DNA from: Squalus acanthias | Lineage: Eukaryota | NCBI GenBank assembly: GCA_030390025.1 | Contig: CM059432.1 | Location: forward strand, 15,750,001-15,814,000 | DNA: 64,000 nucleotides | Reading direction: 5' to 3' | Part shown: in pieces, positions 39,712 through 50,209 of the stretch | How the letters are laid out: each line of letters starts with the position of its first letter | How positions within the stretch are numbered: the stretch's first letter is position 1 | The notes under the pieces: generated by a model | What the model was told of the DNA's origin: nothing | The model's input: the letters and a program-made list of their open reading frames with translations, nothing else | Databases searched by the model: none | Position numbers and translations under genes: made by a program

Positions 39712-42700
39712 CAGCTACTTGCAATTATATAGCACCTTTAACACAGTGAAACGTCCCAAGGCACTTCAACAGGAGCGTATTCAAACAAAATTTGACACCG
39801 AGCCACATAAGGAGATATTAAGGCACTTGGTCAAAAGAGGTAGGTTTTAAGGAGCATTTTAAAGGAGGAGAGAGAGGTGGAGAGGCGGAGAAGTTTAGGG
39901 AGGGAATTCCAGAGCTTAGGGCCTAGGCAACGGAAGGCACAGCTGTCAGTGGTGGAGCGATTAAAATCAGGGATGCGCAAGAGGCCAGAATTGGAGGAGC
40001 GCAGAGATAGGGAAGGGCGAGGCCATGGAGGGATTTGACAACAAGGATGAGAATTTTAAAATCGTGCGTTGCCGGACCATGAGCCAGTGTAGGCCAGCGA
40101 GCACAGGGGTGATGGGTCAATGGGACTTGGTGCAAGTTAGGATATGGGCAGCAGGGTTTAGGATGAGCTCAAGTTTTTGGAGGGTGGAAGAACATAAGAA
40201 ATAGGAGCAGGAATAGACCACTTGGCCCCTGAAGCCTGCTCCGCCATTCAATAAGATCATGGCTGATCTTGGGCTCAAAGCCACTTCCCAGCCCGCTCCC
40301 CATAACCCTTCACTCCCTTATCTTACAAAAATCTGTCTATCTCCACCTTAAATGTATTTAATGACCCAGCCTCCACAGCTCTCTGGAGCAGAGAATTCCA
40401 CAGATTTACGACCCTCTGAGAGAAGAAATTCCTCCTCATCTCAGTTCTAAAAGGGCGACCCTTTATTCTGAAACTATGCCCCCGAGTTCTAGATTCCCTC
40501 ACGAGGGGAAACATCCTCTCTGCATCTACCTTGTCGAGCCCCCTCAGTATCTTATATGTTTCAATAAGATCACCTCTCATTCTTCTAAATTCCAATGAGT
40601 ATAGGCCCAGCCTGCTCAACCTTTCCTCATAAGTCAAAACCCTCATCTCTGGAATTAACCTAGTGACTCATCTCTGAACCGCCTCCAATGCAAGTATATC
40701 TTTCCTTAAATAAGGAGACCAAAACTGTACGCAGTACTCAAGGTGTGGTCTCACCAATGCCCTGTACAGTTGTAGCAGGACTTCCCTGCTTTTATACTCC
40801 AACCTCCTTGAAATAAAGGCCAACATTCCATTTGCCTTTTTGATTACTTGCTGTACCTGCATGCTAACTTTTTTGTGTTTCATGCACAAGGACCCCCAGG
40901 TCCCTCTGAGCTGTAGCATTTTGTAATCTCTCTCCATTTAAATAATAGTTTGCTTTTTTATTTTTCCTGCCAAAGTGGATAACCTCGCACTTTCTTACAT
41001 TATACTCCATCTGCCAAATGTTTGCCCACTCACTTAGCCTGTCTATATCCCTTTGCAGATTCTTTGAGTCCTCTGCACAACTTGCTTTCCCACCCATCCT
41101 TGTATCATCCGCAAACTTGGCTACATTACACTCAGTCCCTTCATCCAAGTCATTAATGTAGATTGTAAATAGTTGAGGCCCCAGCACCGATCCCTGTGGC
41201 ACCCCACTAGTTACCGTTTGCCAACCGGAAAATTACCCATTTATCCTGACTCTCTGCTTTCTGTTAGTTAGCCAATTCTCTATCCATGCTAATATATTAC
41301 CCCCAATTCCGTGAGCTCTTATCTTATGCAGTAACCTTTTATTTGGCACCTTATCGAATGCCTTCTGGAAATCCAAATACACCACATCCACTGGTTCACC
41401 TTTGTCCACCCTGCTCGTTACATCCTCAAAGAACTCCAGCAAATTTGTTAAACATGATTTCCCTTTCATAAAACCATGCTGACTCTGCTTGACTGCATTA
41501 TGATTTTCCAAATGCCCTGCTACTGCTTCCTTAATGAAGGACTCCAGCATTTTCCCAACAACAGATGTTAGGCTAACTGGTCGATAGTTTCCTGCTTTCT
41601 GTCTCCCTCCTTTCTTAAATAGGGTTGTTACATTTGCGGTTTTCCAATCCGCTGGACCTCTCCAGAGTCCAGGGAATTTTGGTATATTGCAACCAATGCA
41701 TCCACTGTCTCTGCAGAAGATGGGAGGCCGGCCAGGAGAGCATTGGAATAGTCAAGTCTGGAGGTAACAAAGGCATGGATGAGGGTTTCAGCGGCAGATG
41801 AGCTGAGGCAGGGCAGAGTCGGGCGATGGTATGGAGGTGGAAGTAGGCGGTCTTGGTGATGGAGCGGATATGTGGTCAGAAGCTGATCTCGGGATCAAAT
41901 ATGACATCAAGGTTGCGAACGGTCTGGTTCAGCCTCAGACAGTTGCCAGGGAGAGGGCTGGAGGTGGTGGCTAGGAAATGGAGTTTGTGGCGGGGGCCAA
42001 AGACAATGGCTTTGGTCTTCCCAATATTTAGTTGGAGGGAATTTCTGCTGATCCAGTGCTGGATGTCGGACATCCGGTCGTAGCCAGAGAATCGCCTGCA
42101 ATGGCTTCTCTTCATGTGGTGAGCTAGAGCTGGGTGTCGTCAGCGTACATGTGGAAACTGGCGCTGTGTTTTCGGATGATGTCGCTGAGTAGCAGCATGT
42201 AAATGAGAAATAGGAGGGGGCCAAGGATAGATCCTTGGGGGACACCAGAGGAAACAATGCGGGAGCGGGAAGAGAAGCCATTGCAGGTGATCCTCTGGCT
42301 ACGACCACATAGATAAGAATGGAACCAGGCGAGTCCCACCCAGTTGGACAGCGGAGGAGAGGTGTTGGAGGAGGATGGTGTGGTCAACCATGTCAAAGGC
42401 TGCAGCAGGTCGAGACGGATGAGGAGGGATAGTTTACCACTGTCACAGTCACATAGGATGTCATTTGTGACTTTGATAAGGGCCGTTTCAGTATTGTGGC
42501 ATGGGCGGAAACCTGATCGTAGGGATTCAAACATGGAGTTCCGGGAGAGATTGGCACAGATTAGGGAGGCAACAGCATGTTCAGGGACTTTGGAGAGGAA
42601 AAGGAGGTTGGAGATAGGGTGGTAGTTTGCAAGGACAGAGGGGTCAACAGTGTTTTTTTTGAGGAGAGGGGTGATGACGGCAGATTTGAAGGATTTGACG
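39712..42700 (-). mobile_element. L2-type LINE interrupted by CR1 (40190-41715)
   Basis: SGFRPCHNTETAL, GVPQGSILGPLLF and YADDTQL motifs; L2 text gggtggaag...gaagatgggagg joins across the CR1. Confidence 0.85.
40190..41715 (-). mobile_element. CR1-type LINE (RT region, frameshifted)
   Basis: ORFs 41233, 40864, 40668 and 40323 are consecutive CR1 RT pieces. Confidence 0.9.
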
Positions 42701-43222
42701 GGGAGACGAGGAGAAATTATTTACTTCGTGAGTTGTTATGAGATGTTGGCAGAAGGGTCGGTCACCAGAGGAGACAGATTGAAGGTGATTGGCAAAAGAA
42801 CCAGAGGCGACATTAGGAAACATTTTTTACACACCTATTTGTTGTGATCTGGAATGAACTGCCTGAAAGGATGGTGGAAACAGATTCAACAGTAACTTTC
42901 AAAAGGGCATTGGACATATACTTGAAAAGGAAACATTTACAGGGCTATGGGGAAAGAGCAAGGGGCGTGGGGCTAATTGGATCGCTCTGTCAAAGAGCCG
43001 GCACAGGCACGATGGGCTGAATGGCTGCCTTCTGTGCTGTGTCATTCTAGGATGCAGTGCTACCTGGAATTGGTGGTGGCTCTGCGAACACCTGCAACCA
43101 GCCCCCAAACAGAGAGGCTTCACTACCAGTCGGTGCGTCCAAAGTGGATGCTTTGACTACTGGCCTTCAGTCCGATGGCAACAGCTTCCAAGAGCTTTGA
43201 GATGATATCTCTCTGACTCTAT

Positions 43223-44098
43223 GGGGGGAAAATTTGGTTGCTTTGCGCCTCCCGTTAGCACCCTAAAAGGGCGCTAATGAGGCGCAAAGCAACTAGCGCC
43301 CGGGCGCGACGATGTTTGCGCCGCTCGCGAAATTGATCAGACATTTTGCGGCGGTGCTAAACACTACCGCCACGATCTCCTGCGCCCGCAGATCATGACG
43401 TCAGTCGAGCATGCAACGCCCCGGAGCGGATATTGAGTGGCGCCCCCTGCTTTACCGCCTGCCGCTAGCAACAACAAGTTGAGGGGAGCGTTTTGCAGTC
43501 GGGAAGGGACTGGGGGAGCGCTATTTAAAGGCGACCGCTTCCTGCCTTTTTTGTTCGGTGACATTTTTGCACCACGCATTCTGAGAGAGAGACTTCTGGA
43601 GAGATTCAACGCTGTGTGAAGGAATTTTGGGTACTGAGCAGCACTTTGCAGGTTCATTTTGATTTGACCTTCCTTGCATCGATTTAGAAGAGACTATGGG
43701 GGCTGCACTCTGAGCTCTTTCCCTGGGCCTCTCCATTGTTCTTTCTAGCAGATTTGATGTACAGGTCTCTCCAGGCCGAGATTCAAGACTGCAATGAGCA
43801 GGGTGTGGATGGAGAGCAAGATCGACCCTCCCCTTTAAGAACTGGCCAGCGCCAGTGTGTCTGTGTTCCATTGCTGACTGACATCACATGAGCTTCGGCA
43901 GCGCTCTGAGGTAGCGCCTCGCTCCTCGGCGTTAGCGCTTTAAGAGAGGTGTGTAGCGCCTGATTTAGCGCTCCAATCACCTCCAGGGGCGATAGAAGCC
44001 AAGTTTGCAGTCGGAGGCGATAATTAGCGCCAGGCGCTAAACTTTGCGCCCGGCCGATAATTGCGCCCCAAACGGGGCGATACTGAATTTCTCCCCCC
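43223..44098. mobile_element. MITE family 2, second copy, TAT TSD
   Basis: Colinear with 8045-8937; tat flanks. Confidence 0.8.
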
Positions 44099-44686
44099 TA
44101 TGACTCTATCTCTCAGGGTCTGCAGAATCGAACAGATACTGTCAGGTCTGCCCTGCTGCTGAACAGTGGGTGCTGAGATCCAGGACCCAACACAAGTGGC
44201 ATGGCTAGAATGTAACTTCACAATGCCATTCTGACGACAACTTGTGACCTTTCCAGACAGCCCCCTCATGTAGGGGTCAGAATGCAGGGCAATGGCTGCC
44301 CGTACGCCTGCAGTGGCGACAGAACCTGCTGGAGCCTTCGTGGGGGTAACAGAAGCCCCGACAAGGCTCACCCTGCTACCAGGGGGCTCATGATAGCAGA
44401 ATTAGGAGTTGTGGAGAAGAAAATTCTTGATGTTGCAGGGCATTAGTACTCTGTGCATCGTGGGCTTGAAACCTGCTTTGACATCTGCCTCCAGTGCCGT
44501 TCGCACCCTGTTTTCCCGCAGACATCGATTTTTTAACTGAGGGAGGGAGAAGAGCCAGACCACAAAGCCTCCGTTTTATCGAAATGACATTTAGTGCGAG
44601 TGACACAATGGTTTATCTTTTGACATGGTTTAAGTCATTGCCAAACGCTGCGCTGTTGAGCCTCTTCAAAAATACAACATGCACAC

Positions 44687-44912
44687 TGACGTAAGAAAAC
44701 TACTCGGCACTTGGTCTAAGCGTTAAACAAAGCTTTAATCAACCGTTTTACAACATGGAGGTCCAGTTGTGTCCTTCATAGTTCCTGTTAAGAATGTCCT
44801 GCGCAAGCTGGGCCCGTGCCCGAGTACTTATACTCTCCCTGTACAGCGCCACCCGCAGGCCACTCAGTATTATTTCATAAGTCTTTCTTTCATGAATGAC
44901 AGATGCATGTCA
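44687..44912 (-). mobile_element. Solo LTR with 5-bp TSD (cacac)
   Basis: TGAC...GTCA termini; homologous to 27114-27341. Confidence 0.8.
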
Positions 44913-45464
44913 CACACCACCTTTTATTACAAGTGATAAGTGGCCACAGTGGATTCGCACATCACTGGGATAACAGAATTATTCATACACTATGGAGATG
45001 GAGCACGCGGTGTCCGCCGGCACACTTGAGGCCTTGCGAGACCGGTGGGCGCCGCGTGGACTGGAGTGCATCATCAGCCCGGCCAATCAAATTCTAGTTT
45101 AATTTGTTAAGTTTTATTTAATGTTTTATAAATTTACAGTCGATTTGTTCAATCACCCCACCAGAAAGAGTAGACTCAAACAGCCCCGTGACACCCTGCT
45201 GAGTGTCCGTTCATGGGAAATGTGTTAAATCAAAGATCACCTTGCGACAGATGTGCAAAGCTTGGTGTACCTGTAAAGCTGCAGTAATTATCAGATGCTT
45301 CCAAGCCAATTGTAATTTTTTTTTAAAAATCAACAATTTGGGCACTTCATCAAATTTAGAAGCTCCATACTCCAGTTGTTTCATAAAGGAGCAATTACAG
45401 ATGTTTAAACGAAAGCTGCAGTTCTGTATTTAAGTTTTAAAAACTCTTGGCTGGCATCTCCATA

Positions 45465-45898
45465 TAGAAACATAGAAACATAGAATCTAGGAGCAGGAGT
45501 AGGCCATTCGGCCCGTCGAGCCTGCTCCGCCATTCAATACGATCATGGCTGATCATCCAAATCCAGTACCCTGTCCCTGCTTTAATCCCCACAGTACACA
45601 TATCCCACCCTACCCCCGTAACCCCACGTATTTAATTGCCCCTAACATATCCCATCCTATCCCCATAACCCCACATATTTAATCCCCCCTAACACTAAGG
45701 GTCAATTTATCATAGCCAAATCAACCTAACCCACACATTTTTGGACTGTGGGAGGAAACCGGAGCACCCGGAGGAAACCCACGCAGACACAGGGAGAATG
45801 TGCAAACTCCACACAGACAGTCACCCGAGGTCAGATTCGAACCCGGGTCTCTGGCGCTGTGAGGTACCAGTGCTAACCACTATGCCACCGTGTTGTCC
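45465..45898 (-). mobile_element. HE1-like V-SINE with CR1-derived tail
   Basis: V-domain gtgggaggaaaccggagcacccggaggaaacccacgcagaca, tRNA head ttcgaacccgggtc...taaccactatgccacc, CR1 3' tail (catagaaa)n. Confidence 0.8.
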
Positions 45899-46049
45899 AC
45901 TTGCACGCTCGCCATTCTAATGGACAGAGAATCTTGGGACTGGCGAGCACAGAAGTGGAAACCTCCGGCCTCGGGCTTGCGAAAGGTCACGCAGAACCGT
46001 GTTAAATTACAAGGGCTCAAAAACTCATTTGTAAATTCTCTCTGCGTAG

Positions 46050-46261
46050 GTGTGCTGACGGTTACTACGGAAACCCAACAACACCCGGAGAGTCTTGTGA
46101 GCCATGTGACTGTAATGACAACATCGACCCGTCAGTTCCAGGGCACTGTGACCCGGTGACCGGAGAATGTCTGAAATGTATCAGGAATACAGCCGGCAGA
46201 TTCTGCGAGCGATGTGCGGACGGATACTACGGCGATGCAGTAATTGCTAAAAATTGTCACA
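46050..46261 (+). CDS. LAMA1: Laminin alpha-1 exon (~exon 19)
   Basis: cgtAG|...|GTaagt, 212 nt; CADGYYGNPTTPGESCEPCDCNDNIDPSVPGHCDPVTGECLKCIRNTAGRFCERCADGYYGDAVIAKNCH. Confidence 0.94.
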
Positions 46262-46499
46262 GTAAGTAAAATATGGTACAAAGGGAAAGGGAAGAATTTT
46301 TTAAACCTTTTATAAGGTATTATGTCAAACGGGCAATGCACTCCTCTGGAAATTCCCCGGGTCCAAAAGAAAGTCCAGTGGACCTACATCTGGCTACCAA
46401 CGCTCCAGCATTGGCGGGAGGCTTGTGTGTAATATCGCAATCTCCTTCCTAAGGAGCCAACTTCACGCCTTCAATGCAGGGACCCGTTTCTTTTTTAAA

Positions 46500-47352
46500 A
46501 TTCATTCCTGGGATGTGGGCGTCGCTGGCAAGGCCAGCATTTATTGCCCATCCCTAGTTGCCCTTGAGAAGGTGGTGGTGAGCTGCCTTCTTGAACTACT
46601 GCAGTCCGTGTGGTGAAGGTACTCCCACAGTGCTGTTAGGGAGGGAGTTCCAGGATTTTGACCCAGCGACGATGAAGGATCGGCGAGATATTTCCAAGTC
46701 AGGATGGTGTGTGACTTGGAGGTGGTGGTGTTCCCATGCGCCTGCTGCCCTTGTCCTTCTAGGTGGTAGAGGTCGCAGGTTTGGGAGGTGCTGCCGAAGA
46801 AGCCTTGGCGAGTTGCTGCAGTGCATCTTGTAGATGGTACACACTGCAGCCACGGTACGCCGGTGGTGGAGGGAGTGAATATTTAAGGTGGTGGATGGGG
46901 TGCCAATCAAGCGGGCTGCTTTGTCCTGAACGGTGTCGAGCTTCTTGAGTGTTGTTGGAGCTGCACTCATCCAAGCAAGTGGAGAGTATTCCATCACACC
47001 CCTTACTTGTGCTTTGTAGATGGTGGAAAGGATTTGGGGAGTCAGGAGGTGAGACACCACAGAATGCCTAGCCTCTGACCTGCTCTTGTTGCCACAGTAT
47101 TTATGTGGCTGGTTCAGTTAAGTTTCTGGTCAATGGTGACCCCCAGGATGTTGATGGTGGGGGATTCTGTGATGGTAATACCGTTGAATGTCAAGGGGAG
47201 GTGGTTAGACTCTCGCTTGTTGGAGATAGTCATTGCCTGGCACTTCTGTGGCGCGAATGTTACCTGCCACTTATGAGCCCAAGCCTAAACGTCGTCCAGG
47301 TCTTGTTGCATGCGGGCATGGACTGCTTCATTATCTGAGGAGTTGCGAATGG
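46500..47352 (-). mobile_element. CR1/L2-group LINE 3' fragment
   Basis: LSTIYKAQVRGVMEYSPLAW...; same family as 22655-23178. Confidence 0.8.
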
Positions 47353-47889
47353 CACAGAGCTGCTTAGTCCTGTACTGACTTGGTTTTACGCAGATGTGCC
47401 CACCAGCAGGGAGTGATTCCTGGGTAGAAAAATCATCACAAAGTGGCAGTGGGGCTGGGGCAGTAGGCTGCGCGGTTCGGAGAAGCAGGGAGCGGCAGGG
47501 ATTCAAGGCAGTAGCGGCAGCAGAACAAGAAAATAGGTCACCAAAAAAAAAAGGGCAACAAAAAATATAAAATTTTCACTGAAGAAAACGGAGGACAGGA
47601 CACTTCGGAGAACTCTCCCCTTCCTGGTTAGACAAAGAAATAAAGTTACTAATCCAATTTGTTTAAACTATAGTAAAATACTGCGGATGCTGGAAATCTG
47701 AAATACAAACCGAAAATGCTGGAAACACTCAGCAGGTCAGGCAGCATCTGTGGAGAGAGAAACAGAGTTAACATTTCAGGTCGTTTATCTGAATACCTGA
47801 CATTTACAATCATATCCCCTTGTAGTCTACACTTATGCAAAGTAAAAAAAAAGCCCCGATAATTTATGGGCCCTTAACTAGGTATCAAT

Positions 47890-48367
47890 ACAGGCACTTT
47901 ACAGCCTTCTGGACTCAACATCGAGTTCAACAATTTCAGACCATAACCTCTGCCCCTATCATTTTTTTCTCCATTTTTTTTTTCTCTCTCACATGGCAGC
48001 TGGCGATCATTCTGCCATTGCCATTTACACTTCATCTAGAGTCATCTTTTGTTTCTTAACTTGTCCCATTACCATCTCCTTTTGCCTTGCACCATCATCC
48101 CTTTTGTCTCTTAATCTCTCCTGCCTTCCAGCCTATCACAGACCTTCCCTTTTGTTCTTTCCTCCCCTCCCCCCCCTTTTCCTGCCCCTACACTTGCTTA
48201 AAAACCTGTTCAATCTCCAACTTTTTTCAGTTCTGATGAAGGGTCATCGACCTGAAACGTTAACTCTGTTTCTCTCTCCACAGATGCTGCCTGACCTGCT
48301 GAGTATTTCCAGCATTTTCTGTTTTTATTTCAGATTTCCAGCATCCGCAGTAATTTGCTTTTGTATA
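47890..48367 (+). mobile_element. Penelope-like 3' insertion (GIY-YIG end, UTR, hammerhead family A), 10-bp TSD
   Basis: aggtatcaat at 47880-47889 and 48368-48377; begins GTLQPSGLNIEFNNFRP*; hammerhead 48229-48265. Confidence 0.82.
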
Positions 48368-48405
48368 AGGTATCAATCAAGTTGTCCTGCTCTGGACCTT
48401 TTCCT

Positions 48406-48600
48406 GGTTAACGTTTCAGGTCGATGACCTTTCGTCAGAACTGGAAGAAGTTGGAGCTTTATCAGTTTTTAAAGTAAGTTCAGAGCCAGGGAAAAGGGGG
48501 AAGAAGAAGGAACAAAAGATAGAGGTCAGTGATAGGGTGGAGGGCAGGAGTGACTAAATGACATAAGGCGTAATGGTGCAAGGCAGACCGGGCTGATAAT
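48406..48600 (-). mobile_element. Penelope-like UTR fragment with hammerhead (family A)
   Basis: Minus strand agtt-CTGACGA-aaggtc.atc.gacct-GAA-ACGT-T-aacc (48406-48442); the matching downstream tail lies at 47672-47783. Confidence 0.72.
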
Positions 48601-48762
48601 AGAAACACAGAAACATAGAAAAATAGCAGCAGGAGTAGGCCATTCGGCCCTTCGAGCCTGCTCCGCCATTCAATATGATCATGGCTGATCCTCTATCTCA
48701 ATACCATATTCCCGCGCTCTCCCCATACCCCTTGACGCCTTTTGTGTCTAGAAATCTATCTA

Positions 48763-49187
48763 CAGGAAACTTTTGTTTATCCGGCACCCAAATATCCGGA
48801 ATTCTCGCTTAACCGGCAAAAATCATCCTCCGAAAACTCCTCTCAAATAACCGGCAATGTTGCCGAGTCGCAGTCGAGTCTCCGCGAACGCCGAGTACTC
48901 CGAAAACTCCTCTCAAATAACCGGCAATGTTGCCGATCCCGAGTCCGAGTCCGAGTCCGAGAACGCCGATTTAGTCAGTAGGGGTAGTTTTCAAAAGTGC
49001 CACTACTCGGCCTCCTGGCGCTGTCGGAAGTCCGAAACACTGCAGTAGCAGGAGTTGATTCTCCCGCGCTGCCTGGAGTCTCTTTGTTAAAAATAGCCTC
49101 GGTAGATATAACTCTCCGTTATCCGGTACTTTCGATAAACCGGCACCACGCCGGTCCCGTCGGTGCCGGTTAATAAAGAGTTTCCTG
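48763..49187. mobile_element. Tc1/mariner-pogo (Tigger-like) MITE with TA TSD, inserted in a CR1 3' fragment (48600-49395, -)
   Basis: ta|caggaaacttttgtttatccggcacc ... ggtgccggttaataaagagtttcctg|ta. Confidence 0.8.
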
Positions 49188-50209
49188 TATCTCCTTCTTA
49201 AATATATTTAGTGACTGAGCCTCCACAGCCTTCTGTGGTAGAGAATTCCACAGGTTCACCACCCTCTGAGTGAAGAAATTTCTCCTCATCTCAGTCCTAA
49301 ATGTCCTACCCCGTATCCTGAGACAGTGACCCCTCGTTCTAGACCCCCGCCCCCCCCAGCCCGGGGAAACATCCTCCCTGCATCCAGTCTGTCTGGGACA
49401 AGTAAAGAAACAAAAGACTTGTTTAAACTTGTGCTTGGCTAGAAGGCAGGCTGCACAGATTGAGAAGACATCCATTGGCCAACGGAGAGAGAGCAGGGAG
49501 GCGGCTGAAATTTCCCTGCAGTCATTTCACTGGCGAGTGAGTGGCTTTTAATTTTACCGTTACCATGGTTTTGGGGGCAAACGCTCAGCTGCCTGTGTGT
49601 GTGGGGCTGGCTGCAAATAAAGAGAAAATGCACGCCTGGGATTTCCCAGCGTTGCCAGCCCTGACATTGATGTGACAGGCGGCCGCCGCAGTGCAACTAA
49701 ATAGTAATATCGCTCACCAGAACTCATCCCCAGAGCTCTCCATAAGCCACAAGCTAGGGCTCACTCTGTTATGCACATGCATAGTGTATGGAATGAAAAC
49801 AATGCATCACTACCACATGTGGTAGCTGAAATACATCTGTCATCATTTAGAAAAAAAATAAACCTCATTTTAAGAAAATAATTTCCAGGTCCTGTCAGGT
49901 CCACATGAGGAAACTGCATCGCTGCACTTCCACCCACCTGTAGCCTGACCTCATTTTTCAGCCAGCGTGTAGCACAATGACAGTTGTGATATGCACACCA
50001 TCATCTGTCACACCCGCTGAATTAGAGGAACACAAGGCTGATTCCATAAGGGAGTCAGCTCCATAGTTTTAGTGCAACTAATACCTGATACACAAATTAC
50101 ATCGAATTTACAGCACAGAAACAAGGCCATTCGGCCCAACTGGTCCATGCCAGTGTTTATTCTCCGCACAAGCCTCCTCCCACCCCGCTTATTCAATGTA
50201 TTCAATATG

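Noticed and set aside
47761..47783. Additional complete hammerhead
   Set aside because: Lacks the CUGANGA half and has a mutated stem III palindrome; counted only as a fragment
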